DNA from: Candidatus Multivoradales bacterium
Lineage (GTDB): Bacteria; Acidobacteriota; Thermoanaerobaculia; Multivoradales; JAHEKO01
NCBI GenBank assembly: GCA_965223155.1
Contig: CBDCVR010000014.1
Coordinates: 1,216,001-1,280,000, forward strand
DNA: 64,000 nucleotides
Direction: 5' to 3'
Shown piece by piece: positions 28,452 to 38,862 of the stretch; within the stretch, counting starts at the first letter, position 1; every line of letters starts with the position of its first letter. The position numbers and the translations under genes are program-made. Under the pieces are notes generated by a model that saw nothing but the letters and a program-made list of their open reading frames with translations, ran no database searches and had not been told where the DNA came from.

Positions 28452-30260
28452 CTACTTGCGTCGGTTGGCGGCCAGGATCTTCTTGCGCAGCCGGAAGGTT
28501 TCGGGCGTCACTTCGATCACCTCGTCTTCGGCCAGAAACTCGATCGCCTGCTCGAGCGACAGCGCCCGGGGCGGCACCAACCGCACCAGAACATCGGCCG
28601 AAGCCGCGCGCATGTTGGTGAGTTTCTTCTCCTTGGTGATGTTGACGTCCAGGTCGCCCGGCCGCGAATGCTCGCCCACGATCATGCCCTCGTAGACCTC
28701 GGTGCCCGGCCCCACGAAGAACACGCCTCGGGGCTGGAGATGATCGACGGCAAAGGCCGTGACCTTGCCGGCCCGGTCGGCTACCAGTGTGCCAGTTGCG
28801 CGCTGGCTGATCTCCCCTTCCCAGGGTCCATAGCGTTCAAAGACATGGTTCATGATGCCGGCGCCCCGGGTATCGGTCAAGAAATCGGTGCGAAAGCCGA
28901 TGAGGCCGCGAGTGGGCACCTCGAACTCCAGCCGCACCCGGCCGCTGTCGTGGTTGACCATGCCCATCATGCGGCCGCGCCGATTGCCCAGGCGTCGGGT
29001 CACGACCCCGACGTGCTCCTCGGGGCAGTCGATGGTGAGCTTTTCGATGGGCTCCACCAGCACCCCCGACGCGTCCCGATGGGTGAGCACCTGCGGCCGG
29101 CCGACCGAAAACTCGTAGCCCTCGCGCCGCATCATCTCGATCAGGATGGCGAGCTGGAGCTCGCCTCGGCCGGCGACCTCGTAGCCGTTGCCACCGGGCG
29201 CGTTCTGGACCCGGATCGAGACGTTGGTCAGAGTCTCGCGCTCGAGCCGCTCCTTGAGCTTGCGCGAGGTGAGGTGCCGGCCGGAACGGCCGGACAGCGG
29301 CGAATCGTTGACTGAGAACACCATGGCCATGGTGGGCTCGTCCACGGTCACGGCGGGCAGGGGCTCCGGGCGCTCGAGGTCGGCCAGGGTCTCGCCGATC
29401 GAGACCGTTTCGAGGCCGGCCACCGCCACGATGTCGCCGGGCCCAGCCGAGGCGATCTCGACCCGTCCCAAGCCGTCGTAGCCGTAGAGGCGGGTCACCT
29501 TCACGGTCTCGGCGCCACCGTCGAGCCGGCACCGGGCGACCGTATCCCCCGGCGCCAGCCGACCCTGGACGATCCGGCCGATCGCCAGCCGGCCCACGTA
29601 CTCGTCGTGGTCCAGCGTCGTCACCAGGAGCTGCAACGGCCGGTCGGGATCGAACTCCGGCGCCGGCACGGTTCGGAGGATCTCTTCGAAGAGCGGGCGC
29701 AGCGTCTCGTCCGGGCCTTCGGCTTCCGTCCGGCAGACGCCGTCCTTGGCATTGGCGTAGAGCACCGGAAAGTCGAGCTGGTCGTCGGCCGCGTCGAGAT
29801 CGATAAAGAGATCGTAGACTTCGTCCAGAACCTCGGCCGGGCGGGCATCGCCGCGGTCGATCTTGTTGATGACCAGGATGGGCGCGAGGCCGGCCTCGAG
29901 GGCTTTCCGCAACACGAACCGCGTCTGAGGCAGCGGACCTTCGGCGGCATCGACCAGCAACAGCACGCCATCGACCAGCTTCAGGGTGCGCTCGACCTCG
30001 CCGCCAAAGTCCGCGTGACCCGGGGTGTCGACGATGTTGATGTGCACGTCGCCGAACCGGACGGCCGTGTTCTTGGCCATGATCGTGATGCCCTTCTCGC
30101 GCTCCAGATCGATCGAATCCATGACCCGATCGTGGATCTCCTGGTGCTCCTGGAAAATGCCGCTCTGCCAGAGCATGGCATCCACCAGGGTCGTCTTCCC
30201 ATGATCGACGTGGGCAATGATGGCGAGATTGCGCAGATCGTCGCGCCGCGAAGTAGCCAT
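28452..30260 (-). CDS. typA: Translational GTPase TypA/BipA
   Basis: [50 protein letters not shown]. Confidence 0.97.
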   Translation of the reverse strand: MATSRRDDLRNLAIIAHVDHGKTTLVDAMLWQSGIFQEHQEIHDRVMDSIDLEREKGITIMAKNTAVRFGDVHINIVDTPGHADFGGEVERTLKLVDGVLLLVDAAEGPLPQTRFVLRKALEAGLAPILVINKIDRGDARPAEVLDEVYDLFIDLDAADDQLDFPVLYANAKDGVCRTEAEGPDETLRPLFEEILRTVPAPEFDPDRPLQLLVTTLDHDEYVGRLAIGRIVQGRLAPGDTVARCRLDGGAETVKVTRLYGYDGLGRVEIASAGPGDIVAVAGLETVSIGETLADLERPEPLPAVTVDEPTMAMVFSVNDSPLSGRSGRHLTSRKLKERLERETLTNVSIRVQNAPGGNGYEVAGRGELQLAILIEMMRREGYEFSVGRPQVLTHRDASGVLVEPIEKLTIDCPEEHVGVVTRRLGNRRGRMMGMVNHDSGRVRLEFEVPTRGLIGFRTDFLTDTRGAGIMNHVFERYGPWEGEISQRATGTLVADRAGKVTAFAVDHLQPRGVFFVGPGTEVYEGMIVGEHSRPGDLDVNITKEKKLTNMRAASADVLVRLVPPRALSLEQAIEFLAEDEVIEVTPETFRLRKKILAANRRK

Positions 30261-30292
30261 GATCGTTCCTTGGGGTGCTTCGATTTCTGGGG

Positions 30293-31654
30293 CTACTCGA
30301 TGTAACCCAGGGACCTCAGCTCCTCGAGTACTTCGTCGTCCAACTCGGCCTCGCCAGCGGTGGCCCGCTCCAGCGTCGCGAGCACCCGGTCCAGGGAACC
30401 CGCCATCCGCCGCGCGCGATCCGGGTCCTGGGAACCGAGATCCCGAGTCTCGGCAAAGTCCCGCTCCAGGTCGTAGAGAGCGGACTTGCTTCGTCCGGGA
30501 GACCAGATGAGCTTGAACGGCCAGCGGATGAGGGCCTGTTTCTCGGCTCCGTAGAGCGTGCGCTCGGCGATCAGCAGGCGCTCGGAAGCCGCCGCTTGGC
30601 GGTTCAGAAGCGACCGGCCGGAGAATCCCTGCGGGACCTCGAGACCCGCCGCGTCGAGCAGGGTCGGTCCCAGGTCAAGTAGTGTCACCGGCTCGCGAGA
30701 CCGTCCCGCCGAGATGCCGGGTCCGGACAGAATGAGCGGCACTTGCAAGAGCTCGTTGTACACCGTGTGCCCGTGCTCGAAGCCGCCGTGCTCGCCGAAC
30801 TCTTCGCCGTGGTCCGAGGTCAAGAAAACCACCGGCTCGTCTCCCGCTTCGCCCAGGCCTTCCAGCAGGCGGCCCAGCTCCCGGTCGGTGAAGGCGATCT
30901 CTTCATCGTAGGCCGCTGCGAAGGCGTCGAGGTCGATCGGCTCGCCGGCTCGGAGCGCGGCGCGTACCTCCTTGAGCTCTCCCGAGCGAAGGGTTCGCTT
31001 GCCGAGGAAGCTGCCCCGAAACCCCTCGGGCGCGGCGTACGGCCAGTGGGGATCGAAGATGTGGACCAGCAGAAAGTAGGGGCCCTCCCGGTCCGCGATC
31101 CACTGAAGCGCCAGGTCCACCACCTCGTCGGCGCGGCGCGACTTCTTGCCCCTGCCCGGCGCGTAGTCGTAGCTGTCGAATCCCCGGTCGAGCTCGAAGC
31201 GAGGATGCAGGAAGGAATTGTTGATGAGAGCCCCGGTGGCATAGCCCTCGGCCGAGAAGATCTCAGCCAGAGTGACGATGCCGTCGCCCAGGCGCTGGAA
31301 CCTTTGGTTGTGCGGCGTGCCCTCGGGCAGCTCGTCCTTTCGATCGACGCCGGCGCCGTGCTCGGTCGGCAACCGGCCGGTCAGCATCGAGGCGATCGAG
31401 GGAAGCGTCCAGGGCGAGGGCGCGAAGGCGTGCTCGAAGACCGCGGCCGAGGCGGCCCAGCGATCGATCGCGGGGCTCGTCGGCCGCTCGTAGCCGTAGG
31501 CTCCGAGATGGTCGGCCCGGAGCGTGTCGACCACGACCAGGACCACGCTGGACGGACCGGCCGGCGCGCAGCCGGCCGCGACTCCCACGCCCAGAGCGGC
31601 GAGTGCCAGAAGCGCCGCTCCCAAGAGGCCGCGGATTCGGGTAGAAGCCGGCAC
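30293..31654 (-). CDS. Sulfatase-like lipoprotein (alkaline phosphatase superfamily)
   Basis: Lipobox [34 protein letters not shown]-terminal LRSLGY. Confidence 0.88.
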   Translation of the reverse strand: MPASTRIRGLLGAALLALAALGVGVAAGCAPAGPSSVVLVVVDTLRADHLGAYGYERPTSPAIDRWAASAAVFEHAFAPSPWTLPSIASMLTGRLPTEHGAGVDRKDELPEGTPHNQRFQRLGDGIVTLAEIFSAEGYATGALINNSFLHPRFELDRGFDSYDYAPGRGKKSRRADEVVDLALQWIADREGPYFLLVHIFDPHWPYAAPEGFRGSFLGKRTLRSGELKEVRAALRAGEPIDLDAFAAAYDEEIAFTDRELGRLLEGLGEAGDEPVVFLTSDHGEEFGEHGGFEHGHTVYNELLQVPLILSGPGISAGRSREPVTLLDLGPTLLDAAGLEVPQGFSGRSLLNRQAAASERLLIAERTLYGAEKQALIRWPFKLIWSPGRSKSALYDLERDFAETRDLGSQDPDRARRMAGSLDRVLATLERATAGEAELDDEVLEELRSLGYIE

Positions 31655-31659
31655 GGGTA

Positions 31660-33117
31660 CTAGTTCAAGTATCCGAGCGAGCGCAGCATCTCGACCCGCT
31701 CCTCGTCCGGCGTCGACTCGTCGATCGATTGCCGCAGCGCCCGCCGATTGACCAGGCGCTCGTAGGTCGGAACGGTCCGCACCGGAAATCGCTCGAGAAA
31801 GTCGGGAGCCAGGATCTCCTCCAACACCCGGCCGGGGAGGTCCTCGGGCACCGGCAAGCCCATGAGGGCCAGGGTGGTCGGCACCAGGTCGTAGATCGAT
31901 GCCTCGACCCCGTCGGCGGCGACGACCGGCCCTCCGGAGGCGATGAAAATGCCTTCCAAGTGGTGCACACCAGGCTGCCCCACGGTCACGACACCACCCC
32001 CGTCGTCGAGAAAATCGTCATTGAACTTCGCTCCCAGGCTGCCGGCCAGTCTGGCGGTCTCGGGCAGCTTGCCACTCGCCTGGAAGCCGTGGTCCGAAAC
32101 GACGAAGACGACCGTGTCGTCGTCCAGGATCTCGAGCAGCCGGCCCAGATAGCCGTCGTTGTGCCGGTACATGTTGGGGACGACCGAGCCCAGCCGGTCC
32201 GCCAGCTTTCGATCCACGCCTTCGAAAGCGTCGGCATCGTAGAGATGCCAGTAGGTGTGGGAGATGGCGTCGTTGGCGATCAGGAAGATCGCCGCCAGAT
32301 CGGGCTGACCGCGGCCAACCAGCTCGAGGGCAATCTCCTCGAAGGTGCGCTGATTCGAGAAGGCGAACTTCAAGACGCCCGGACCGTGTCCGCGGACCGG
32401 CTTTTCCGCCGCCAGGAGCTCGGCTTCCTCGGCCGGGGTATACGCCGCCAGGCGCCGGATCTCCTCGAGCGGCGGCTCGGCCGGGTTCACGACCAGGTGA
32501 CGGAGCTCGCCCGCCAGCTCGGGCGGAAAGGTGGCCGCTCGATCCTTGTGGCCGTCGGACCACTCGCTCCAGCGGCTCCGGGTCAGCCGGTCCGAGACCA
32601 CCCAGCCGCGCACCGGCTCGGCCGGCCAGGTAGACCACCAGCCGGCGATCCCGACACTGCGCCCCGCGGCGGAGAGCACGTCCCAGACGTTGAGCTTGCG
32701 GCGCATCGTGGAGTTGACCAGAACCCGCTCGGAGGACTCGCCGTCCGCCCCGGGCACGGTCACGACGAAGTCCCCGATGCCGTGCTCTTCCCGATCGTGG
32801 CCGGTGGCGATGGTGGTCCAGAGAGCCGGAGACTTCATGGGTTTCTCCGAGCGGAGCGGACCTCTTGCCCCGGATTCGATCAGGCGGGCGAAGTTGGGTA
32901 GGCGGCCCGCCTCGAGCAGCGGATCGAGCACGGTGAAGGTGCCGCCGTCGATGCCGAGCCAGACCACCTTGAGACCGGTTTCGCGAGCGTCGATCTTGGC
33001 CGCCGCCGCGCGCTCTCGAGACTCGGACTCGGAGTCTTGGCCGCACCCCGCAACCACGAGGGCGCAACCGGCGATCAAGCCCAGGGCCAGCCCTCGCCTC
33101 GGGTCAATTCCCGGCAT
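31660..33117 (-). CDS. Alkaline-phosphatase-superfamily phosphodiesterase-like lipoprotein
   Basis: Lipobox VAGC, GIDG, SPALWTTIATG, D.ISH, SDHGF, C-terminal LRSLGY. Confidence 0.85.
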   Translation of the reverse strand: MPGIDPRRGLALGLIAGCALVVAGCGQDSESESRERAAAAKIDARETGLKVVWLGIDGGTFTVLDPLLEAGRLPNFARLIESGARGPLRSEKPMKSPALWTTIATGHDREEHGIGDFVVTVPGADGESSERVLVNSTMRRKLNVWDVLSAAGRSVGIAGWWSTWPAEPVRGWVVSDRLTRSRWSEWSDGHKDRAATFPPELAGELRHLVVNPAEPPLEEIRRLAAYTPAEEAELLAAEKPVRGHGPGVLKFAFSNQRTFEEIALELVGRGQPDLAAIFLIANDAISHTYWHLYDADAFEGVDRKLADRLGSVVPNMYRHNDGYLGRLLEILDDDTVVFVVSDHGFQASGKLPETARLAGSLGAKFNDDFLDDGGGVVTVGQPGVHHLEGIFIASGGPVVAADGVEASIYDLVPTTLALMGLPVPEDLPGRVLEEILAPDFLERFPVRTVPTYERLVNRRALRQSIDESTPDEERVEMLRSLGYLN

Positions 33118-35191
33118 CGGGTGCCTCCTCGGTTCCACCGTCGAGCACACCGAGCTCCTCGGACGCGTCACCATCCATTGGCACGACGTCGAGAGCGATC
33201 GGGGTCTCGGGATCGAAGACGGCGATGCCCTCGCGATCCAGCGTTCGCTTGACGCCGGCCACCACATAGTGACTGCGTCCAATCGCGTCCTGGGGGCTCT
33301 CCAAGGGATGCAACAGGAACTCGGCCAGGCGTACGAACCGCTCGTGGTCCGCCCGGCTTTGCGGCACGCGAGCCACCGCCACGATCATGTCGTCGTCCGC
33401 AATCTTGATCAGAAACGACGCGACACCGGGTTGCTTCAACGACTCCAGAACGTCCGAGTAGTCGAAAAAGCCCACGCCGCGAACCCGCAGTCCCGTCCGG
33501 TCGATCGCCGCGATCCGAATCGGCGCCTCGTCTTGGGCGTCGATCAAGGTGAGGTTCCGGTCATCGCGCACCACGACCTCGCCGGCTCCCGCCGGCTCGA
33601 TCCGAATCTCGCCGATGGGCCAGACCGATCCGGTGCGCGAGTACACGACCTGCGGCCGGGTCGGATGGACCAGGTCCTCGAAATCCACGTGGTGCTCGGC
33701 AAACATGCGTCGGACCGGTTCCTTCGAGAAGTAGATCGGCCACTCTTCGAGAAACTGGTATTGCTGCTCGAAGATCACGCCCGCGGAGCGAAACAGGAGC
33801 CCGCGGTCGCGGCCCAGGTGCCGGCCAATCTCATGATACTTGCCGAGCTGCCGAGCTTTGTAGCCCGGTCCCCGGTAAGCGGCCACCACGGCATCGTTGC
33901 CGGCCATCTCGATCAGCATCTCTCGATCGTACGGATTGCTGGCAACGGCGACCTCGCCGCAGGTCGAAACCGCACCGACGCCGATAACGGCCGTCCAGAG
34001 CGCCAGCGCCAGCCTCCGCGGCCAGCCCGACCGCACCCGCTCGACGCCCAGAACCGCCAGCAGCACGGTGAGTGCCCAGATGGGCGGCAGGTACGATTTC
34101 CAGTCCCCGATGTGGTAGACGGCGAGAAGTGCCACCGACACCCCCGCCGCCAGGAGCAGGAAGGCGCGCGCGGACCGCTTGCGGCCGATCCAACCGGCGC
34201 CGGCGAGCGCCAGCACCACGGTCGCCCAGGAGAGCTGGCGCCCGGCCTCGAGCGGCAGCGCGCCCAGCCGGGCAACGAGCTCGCCCGGCCCCTTGCGCAT
34301 GAGGTTCTTCTCGGTGAACCGGGTCCCGGAGACCGTGTCCACGAGGTCGGTGATCTCGGCTCCCCGGTCGATGCCTTCGACGAAGGCGGCGTCCGAATGC
34401 GATCGGTAGAGAACGAAGCCGTAGAGCGCGGCGGTCACCACGGCGCCGAGGACGGCCGCCGTCACCACCGGCCGCGAGACCAGCGTCCGCCAGCCACCGC
34501 GCCAGACCGCCCACGCTACCGCCGGAACCAGGGTGACGATGGTGGTGTGATGGGCAAAGGCCAGCGCCAGGACCAGCAACAGGGCACCCAGCACGACCGG
34601 CTCGCGCCCCTCCAGCCAACGGTTGGCGAGCCAGCAGACGGCCACCACGAGCAGGAGGTGGAGCGCGTAGACCTCGGCCTCGGTGGCGTAGATCCAGACC
34701 ACCGGGCTCAAAAGCAGGGCCCAGGTGGCCGCGACCGCCGCCCACCGGCTCGTACCCAAGTCAAACGCCAACAAGTACAGCAACCAGCCCGCGGCCAACG
34801 CCAAGACCGCCGAGAGTAGATTGACCTTGGTCGCGAGATCGAGCGGCAGCGGCAGACGGGTGAACAGGAAGTTGAGCAGCACGTAGAGCGGATAGCCCGG
34901 TTGGTGCGGCACGCCCAGGATCTCTCCGATGTACTGGAACTTGGCCGAGTCACCGGTGTTGATGCGGCCGCCGACGCCCGGGTAGAGGGTCAGCAGATAG
35001 AGAACGGCCGGCAGGCCGAGCGCGGCCGCCATCGCCGCCCGCGCGCGCCACTCCGCGCTACGCCCTGACGACTCAGGACGGGGCGGCCGGACGGAGATCG
35101 GGCGTTCCGAATCGGGTTCCGGGTTCACGGCTGGCTTGAGGGTTCGGCTGGGATCCGGGGGGGGTGCGCGCTCCGGAAGATCGCGCGGCAT
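33104..35191 (-). CDS. DUF2723 (TMEM260-like) GT-C membrane glycosyltransferase
   Basis: YLLTLYP...GDSAKF...LGVPHQPGYPLY, ATEAEVYAL, HHT. Polytopic; start uncertain. Confidence 0.82.
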   Translation of the reverse strand: MPRDLPERAPPPDPSRTLKPAVNPEPDSERPISVRPPRPESSGRSAEWRARAAMAAALGLPAVLYLLTLYPGVGGRINTGDSAKFQYIGEILGVPHQPGYPLYVLLNFLFTRLPLPLDLATKVNLLSAVLALAAGWLLYLLAFDLGTSRWAAVAATWALLLSPVVWIYATEAEVYALHLLLVVAVCWLANRWLEGREPVVLGALLLVLALAFAHHTTIVTLVPAVAWAVWRGGWRTLVSRPVVTAAVLGAVVTAALYGFVLYRSHSDAAFVEGIDRGAEITDLVDTVSGTRFTEKNLMRKGPGELVARLGALPLEAGRQLSWATVVLALAGAGWIGRKRSARAFLLLAAGVSVALLAVYHIGDWKSYLPPIWALTVLLAVLGVERVRSGWPRRLALALWTAVIGVGAVSTCGEVAVASNPYDREMLIEMAGNDAVVAAYRGPGYKARQLGKYHEIGRHLGRDRGLLFRSAGVIFEQQYQFLEEWPIYFSKEPVRRMFAEHHVDFEDLVHPTRPQVVYSRTGSVWPIGEIRIEPAGAGEVVVRDDRNLTLIDAQDEAPIRIAAIDRTGLRVRGVGFFDYSDVLESLKQPGVASFLIKIADDDMIVAVARVPQSRADHERFVRLAEFLLHPLESPQDAIGRSHYVVAGVKRTLDREGIAVFDPETPIALDVVPMDGDASEELGVLDGGTEEAPDAGN

Positions 35192-35337
35192 CGAAGACGG
35201 AGAGTCTATACGACGCCCGGCGCAACCACGCCCGAAGAGCCCGCCTCGAAGCGGCCCGCGCCGAACGCCTTCCGGTCTCAGCGAGCCCCCGCTTCGGGTC
35301 TCTCGAGACCGCCCCACATGGTAGGGTTTTCCCCGCC

Positions 35338-36783
35338 ATGGACAGTCTGGCCGAAGCCGGAACGGCCCTTTCGAACCGGGCCGCGAACAGTCAGGAAGAC
35401 GCCTACCGGGCCTTCCTCGAGGCCTATCCCGAATTCGCGGCGACGGCCGAGTTGGACCGGTTGCGCGAGCAAGAATTCCCGCGCCTCGACCGCCAGGGCC
35501 ACGTCTATCTGGACTACACCGGCGGCGGTCTCTACGCCGACTGCCAAGTGCGGGATCATTCCGAGTTCCTGCTGAGCCATGTGCTGGGCAACCCGCACTC
35601 CACCAACCCGACCTCGCTCGCCACCACCGACCGGGTCGAGCGCTGCCGGCGCCGAGTGCTCGAGTTCTTCCGGGCCTCGCCGGAGGAGTACGGGGTCATC
35701 TTCACCGCCAACGCCAGCCACGCTCTCAAGCTGGTCGGCGAGTCCTATCCCTTCGAGCCCGGCGACCGGTTCCTCTTGACCTTCGACAACCACAACTCGG
35801 TCAACGGCATCCGCGAGTTCGATCGGGTCCATGGTGCCGAGACCACCTACGTGCCCCTGGCTCCCCCGCGGCTGCGGATCGACGACGCCGAGCTCGAACA
35901 CTATCTGGCAAAGGGCCGGCCGGGACGGCACGACCTCTTTGCCTTCCCGGCCCAGTCCAATTTCTCCGGCGTCCAGCATCCTCTCGACTGGATCCAGCGC
36001 GCCCACGAGCACGGCTGGGACGTACTCCTGGACGCTGCGGCCTTCGTGCCGACCAACCGGCTGGACCTGAGCATCGTCAAGCCCGACTACGTGGCGCTGT
36101 CGTTCTACAAGATGTTCGGCTACCCCACCGGCGTGGGCGCCCTCATCGCCCGCTGGCCCGCCCTCGAGAAGCTGCACCGTCCGTGGTTCGCCGGCGGCAC
36201 GATCGAGGTGGCTTCGGTCCAGGCAGACACCCACGTTCTCGCGGTCGGCGCCGCCGCGTTCGAGGATGGAACCCTCGACTATTCGAATATCCCCGCGGTC
36301 GAGATCGGCCTCGACTTCCTGGACTCGATCGGGGTCGAGACCATTCACGAGCGGGTGCGCTGCCTGACCGGGTGGCTCCTCGAGCAACTGATCGGCCTCA
36401 AGCACTCGAACGGCGCGCCTCTGATCCTGGTCTACGGCCCGCTCAGCACCGAGGGCCGGGGTGGCGCGATCGCGGTCAACTTCACCGACGCCGCCGGACG
36501 CCTCATCGACCACCAGGAAGTCGAGGAACGCGCCAACCGGCGCAACATTTCGCTCCGGACGGGCTGCTTCTGCAACCCGGGGGCCGGCGAGATCGCGCTC
36601 GGCCTGGGCCGTTCCGAGCTCGTCACCTGCTTCAGCAACACCGAAGAGAGACTCACCCTCGAGACCTTCAAGGGCTGTATCGACGGCAAGGGCACGGGAG
36701 CGGTTCGGGTCTCGGTGGGCCTCGCCACCAACTTCGCCGACGTCTACACCCTGGTCGACTTCGCCAAGAGCCTGCTCGACTGA
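35338..36783 (+). CDS. PLP class-V aminotransferase, Moco-sulfurase/NifS-like
   Basis: YLDYTG, GNPHS, DNHNSV.GIRE, SFYKMFGYPTG, LRTGCFCNPG. Confidence 0.88.
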   Translation: MDSLAEAGTALSNRAANSQEDAYRAFLEAYPEFAATAELDRLREQEFPRLDRQGHVYLDYTGGGLYADCQVRDHSEFLLSHVLGNPHSTNPTSLATTDRVERCRRRVLEFFRASPEEYGVIFTANASHALKLVGESYPFEPGDRFLLTFDNHNSVNGIREFDRVHGAETTYVPLAPPRLRIDDAELEHYLAKGRPGRHDLFAFPAQSNFSGVQHPLDWIQRAHEHGWDVLLDAAAFVPTNRLDLSIVKPDYVALSFYKMFGYPTGVGALIARWPALEKLHRPWFAGGTIEVASVQADTHVLAVGAAAFEDGTLDYSNIPAVEIGLDFLDSIGVETIHERVRCLTGWLLEQLIGLKHSNGAPLILVYGPLSTEGRGGAIAVNFTDAAGRLIDHQEVEERANRRNISLRTGCFCNPGAGEIALGLGRSELVTCFSNTEERLTLETFKGCIDGKGTGAVRVSVGLATNFADVYTLVDFAKSLLD

Positions 36784-36813
36784 GGCCGAGCCGGACTCCG
36801 GCCGCGGCCCGCC

Positions 36814-38142
36814 CTAGCGAGCGCGCACGTCGTAGACGTGAAGGGCGTCCTGCTCGCGCAAGTACAAGTGGCCGTTGGCGATCACCGGATGAGCCCAACT
36901 CTCGCGCTCGACATCCGGAATCATGAAGCTACCGTGCTCCCGGTACCCTTCCGCGCTCGCTTCGACGAGGATCATGCGGCCGTCCTGGTAGCGGAAGTAG
37001 ATCCGGCCGTCGGCATAGGTCACCGCCGCCGAGTTGCGGCCCTCGTTGCGCTCGGGTCCCCACGCCACCTCGCCGCTCTCGAGCGCGACCGCGATCGGAA
37101 AGCCCCGGTTGTGCCCGGTGCCGGTGTAGACGTAGCCACGGTCCAGAATCAGGCCGCCGTGGTGATTCTGGAAGGTGTCGGGCTCCAAGAAATACACTTC
37201 CTCGGCGACCAGCGGACGGCTCCCGTCCTCGCCTTCCTCCGCCCGCTGGATCCGGACCAGCGCGGCGCCGGTACCGTAGCCGCTCGAAGCAAAGACGTAG
37301 TCACCGGTGACCAGCGGTGTGGCGATATTGGCGATGTCGTTCGCCACCGGGTTGTAGCCCCACAGGAAGCGGCCGGTCTCGGCCTCGACCCCGATCACTC
37401 CGCGGCCGAGAAACTGAACGTACTGCCTGACGCCGGCGGCATGGGAGACGACCACCGACGAGTACCCGGCGCCGTCGGTCCCGGCCGAACCGAGCCGCGG
37501 AATCCGCGCCTTCCAGATCTCCTCGCCGGTGTTCTTGTCGAGAGCCACCAGAGCAGCGTCCGTGCCCCCCGGAGTGACGATCACCCGATCGCCATCGACC
37601 AGGGGCGACTCGACGTACTTCCAGTCCGTCGTGCCCATGGCTTGCATCAAGTGGCTGCCGAAGTCCCCGGGCAGGCTGCGCCGCCAGACTTCCCGACCGG
37701 TCTCGGCTTCGAGACAGACGATTGCGCCCTCGGTGCTCATGACGTACAGGCGCTCGCCGTCCACGGTCGGCGTGGAGCGCGGACCCAGGTATCTGTCGTC
37801 CCAGCTCGGTCCGACACGGGTCTTCCAGAGATGGCTGCCGTCGGATTCGGCAAGGGCGACGACGTACTGCCCGTCCCCATGATCCCCCAAGGTGTAGATC
37901 CGGCCGCCGGCAACGGCCAGGCTCGAGTAGCCACTGCCGAGGCCGGTCGCCGTCCAGGATCGCGGCGGCCCGTCCTCGGGCCAGGATTGAAGAAGCCCGG
38001 TCTCGGCCGAGCGTCCGTCGCGGTTGGGGCCGCGCCATTGCGGCCAGTCCTCGGCGACCGCCGGCAGAGCCATTGAGCTCACCAGAGCGGCTGTCATGAA
38101 AATGCTGCGTCCCGTCATCGTTCTAGTCTCCAGAATTCCCAT
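36814..38142 (-). CDS. PQQ-like beta-propeller repeat secreted protein
   Basis: DWPQWRGPNRDG, RSTPTVDG, ALDKNTGEEIWK, WAHPVIANG.LYLR. Confidence 0.88.
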   Translation of the reverse strand: MGILETRTMTGRSIFMTAALVSSMALPAVAEDWPQWRGPNRDGRSAETGLLQSWPEDGPPRSWTATGLGSGYSSLAVAGGRIYTLGDHGDGQYVVALAESDGSHLWKTRVGPSWDDRYLGPRSTPTVDGERLYVMSTEGAIVCLEAETGREVWRRSLPGDFGSHLMQAMGTTDWKYVESPLVDGDRVIVTPGGTDAALVALDKNTGEEIWKARIPRLGSAGTDGAGYSSVVVSHAAGVRQYVQFLGRGVIGVEAETGRFLWGYNPVANDIANIATPLVTGDYVFASSGYGTGAALVRIQRAEEGEDGSRPLVAEEVYFLEPDTFQNHHGGLILDRGYVYTGTGHNRGFPIAVALESGEVAWGPERNEGRNSAAVTYADGRIYFRYQDGRMILVEASAEGYREHGSFMIPDVERESWAHPVIANGHLYLREQDALHVYDVRAR

Positions 38143-38217
38143 CCATCGTCAACTACGAGGGTCGTTGTGCCGGGTTGCATGGTACGCGAAACCACGACCG
38201 GTAAGATCGGCCCCGCC

Positions 38218-38862
38218 ATGGCTTCGGAAACCGTCTTCACCTGCCGCGTTTGCAGTGCCGATTTCGAGGTGCCGCAGGCGGCGCTCGACAAGTACCCCGG
38301 GTGGACGCCGAGCTACTGCCGGCGGCACTCGCCGCGCAAGAAGACCGCAAAGCCTCGCTCGCGGCGGCGCCGCTCGACCCGGGAAGAGCTTCTGACGCCG
38401 GCCGAGGTCCTCGCCAAGTACGACGGCGGTCCCACCAGCGGTGTTTTCACCGATGGCAGCGCGATTCCCAATCCCGGACCGGGCGGCTGGGGGTTCGTGT
38501 GGGTCGAAGACGGCAAGATCCTGGCCGAGGAGAGCGGCTACGCCGTCGAGACCACCAACAACCGCATGGAGCTGACCGCCCTGATGGAGGCCTACCGGAT
38601 CCTGCCCGAGAACGCCGAGACCACCGTCTATTCGGACAGCCGGCTGTGCGTCGATACCCTCACGAAGTGGGCTGCCGGCTGGGAGCGCAACGGCTGGAAA
38701 CGCAAGGGCTCGCCGCTCAAGAACCTGGATCTGGTGCGCGAGCTCTTCGCCCTCTATCGAGCCCACCCTGGCTGCCGGCTGGAGTGGATCGCCGCCCACT
38801 CGGGCGATCGCTGGAACGAGTACGCCGACGCCTTGGCCGCCGGCTGGCTCGTCAAGCGGTAG
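38218..38862 (+). CDS. rnhA: Ribonuclease HI with N-terminal zinc-ribbon-like domain
   Basis: FTDGS..NPGPGGWG, TTNNRMEL, DS, W..NGWK, KNLDL, AHSG..NE.AD. N-terminal CRVC...CRRH. Confidence 0.92.
   Translation: MASETVFTCRVCSADFEVPQAALDKYPGWTPSYCRRHSPRKKTAKPRSRRRRSTREELLTPAEVLAKYDGGPTSGVFTDGSAIPNPGPGGWGFVWVEDGKILAEESGYAVETTNNRMELTALMEAYRILPENAETTVYSDSRLCVDTLTKWAAGWERNGWKRKGSPLKNLDLVRELFALYRAHPGCRLEWIAAHSGDRWNEYADALAAGWLVKR

Noticed and set aside
32531-34819. 762-aa plus-strand ORF
   Set aside because: Antisense shadow of two motif-supported genes, typical of high-GC DNA.
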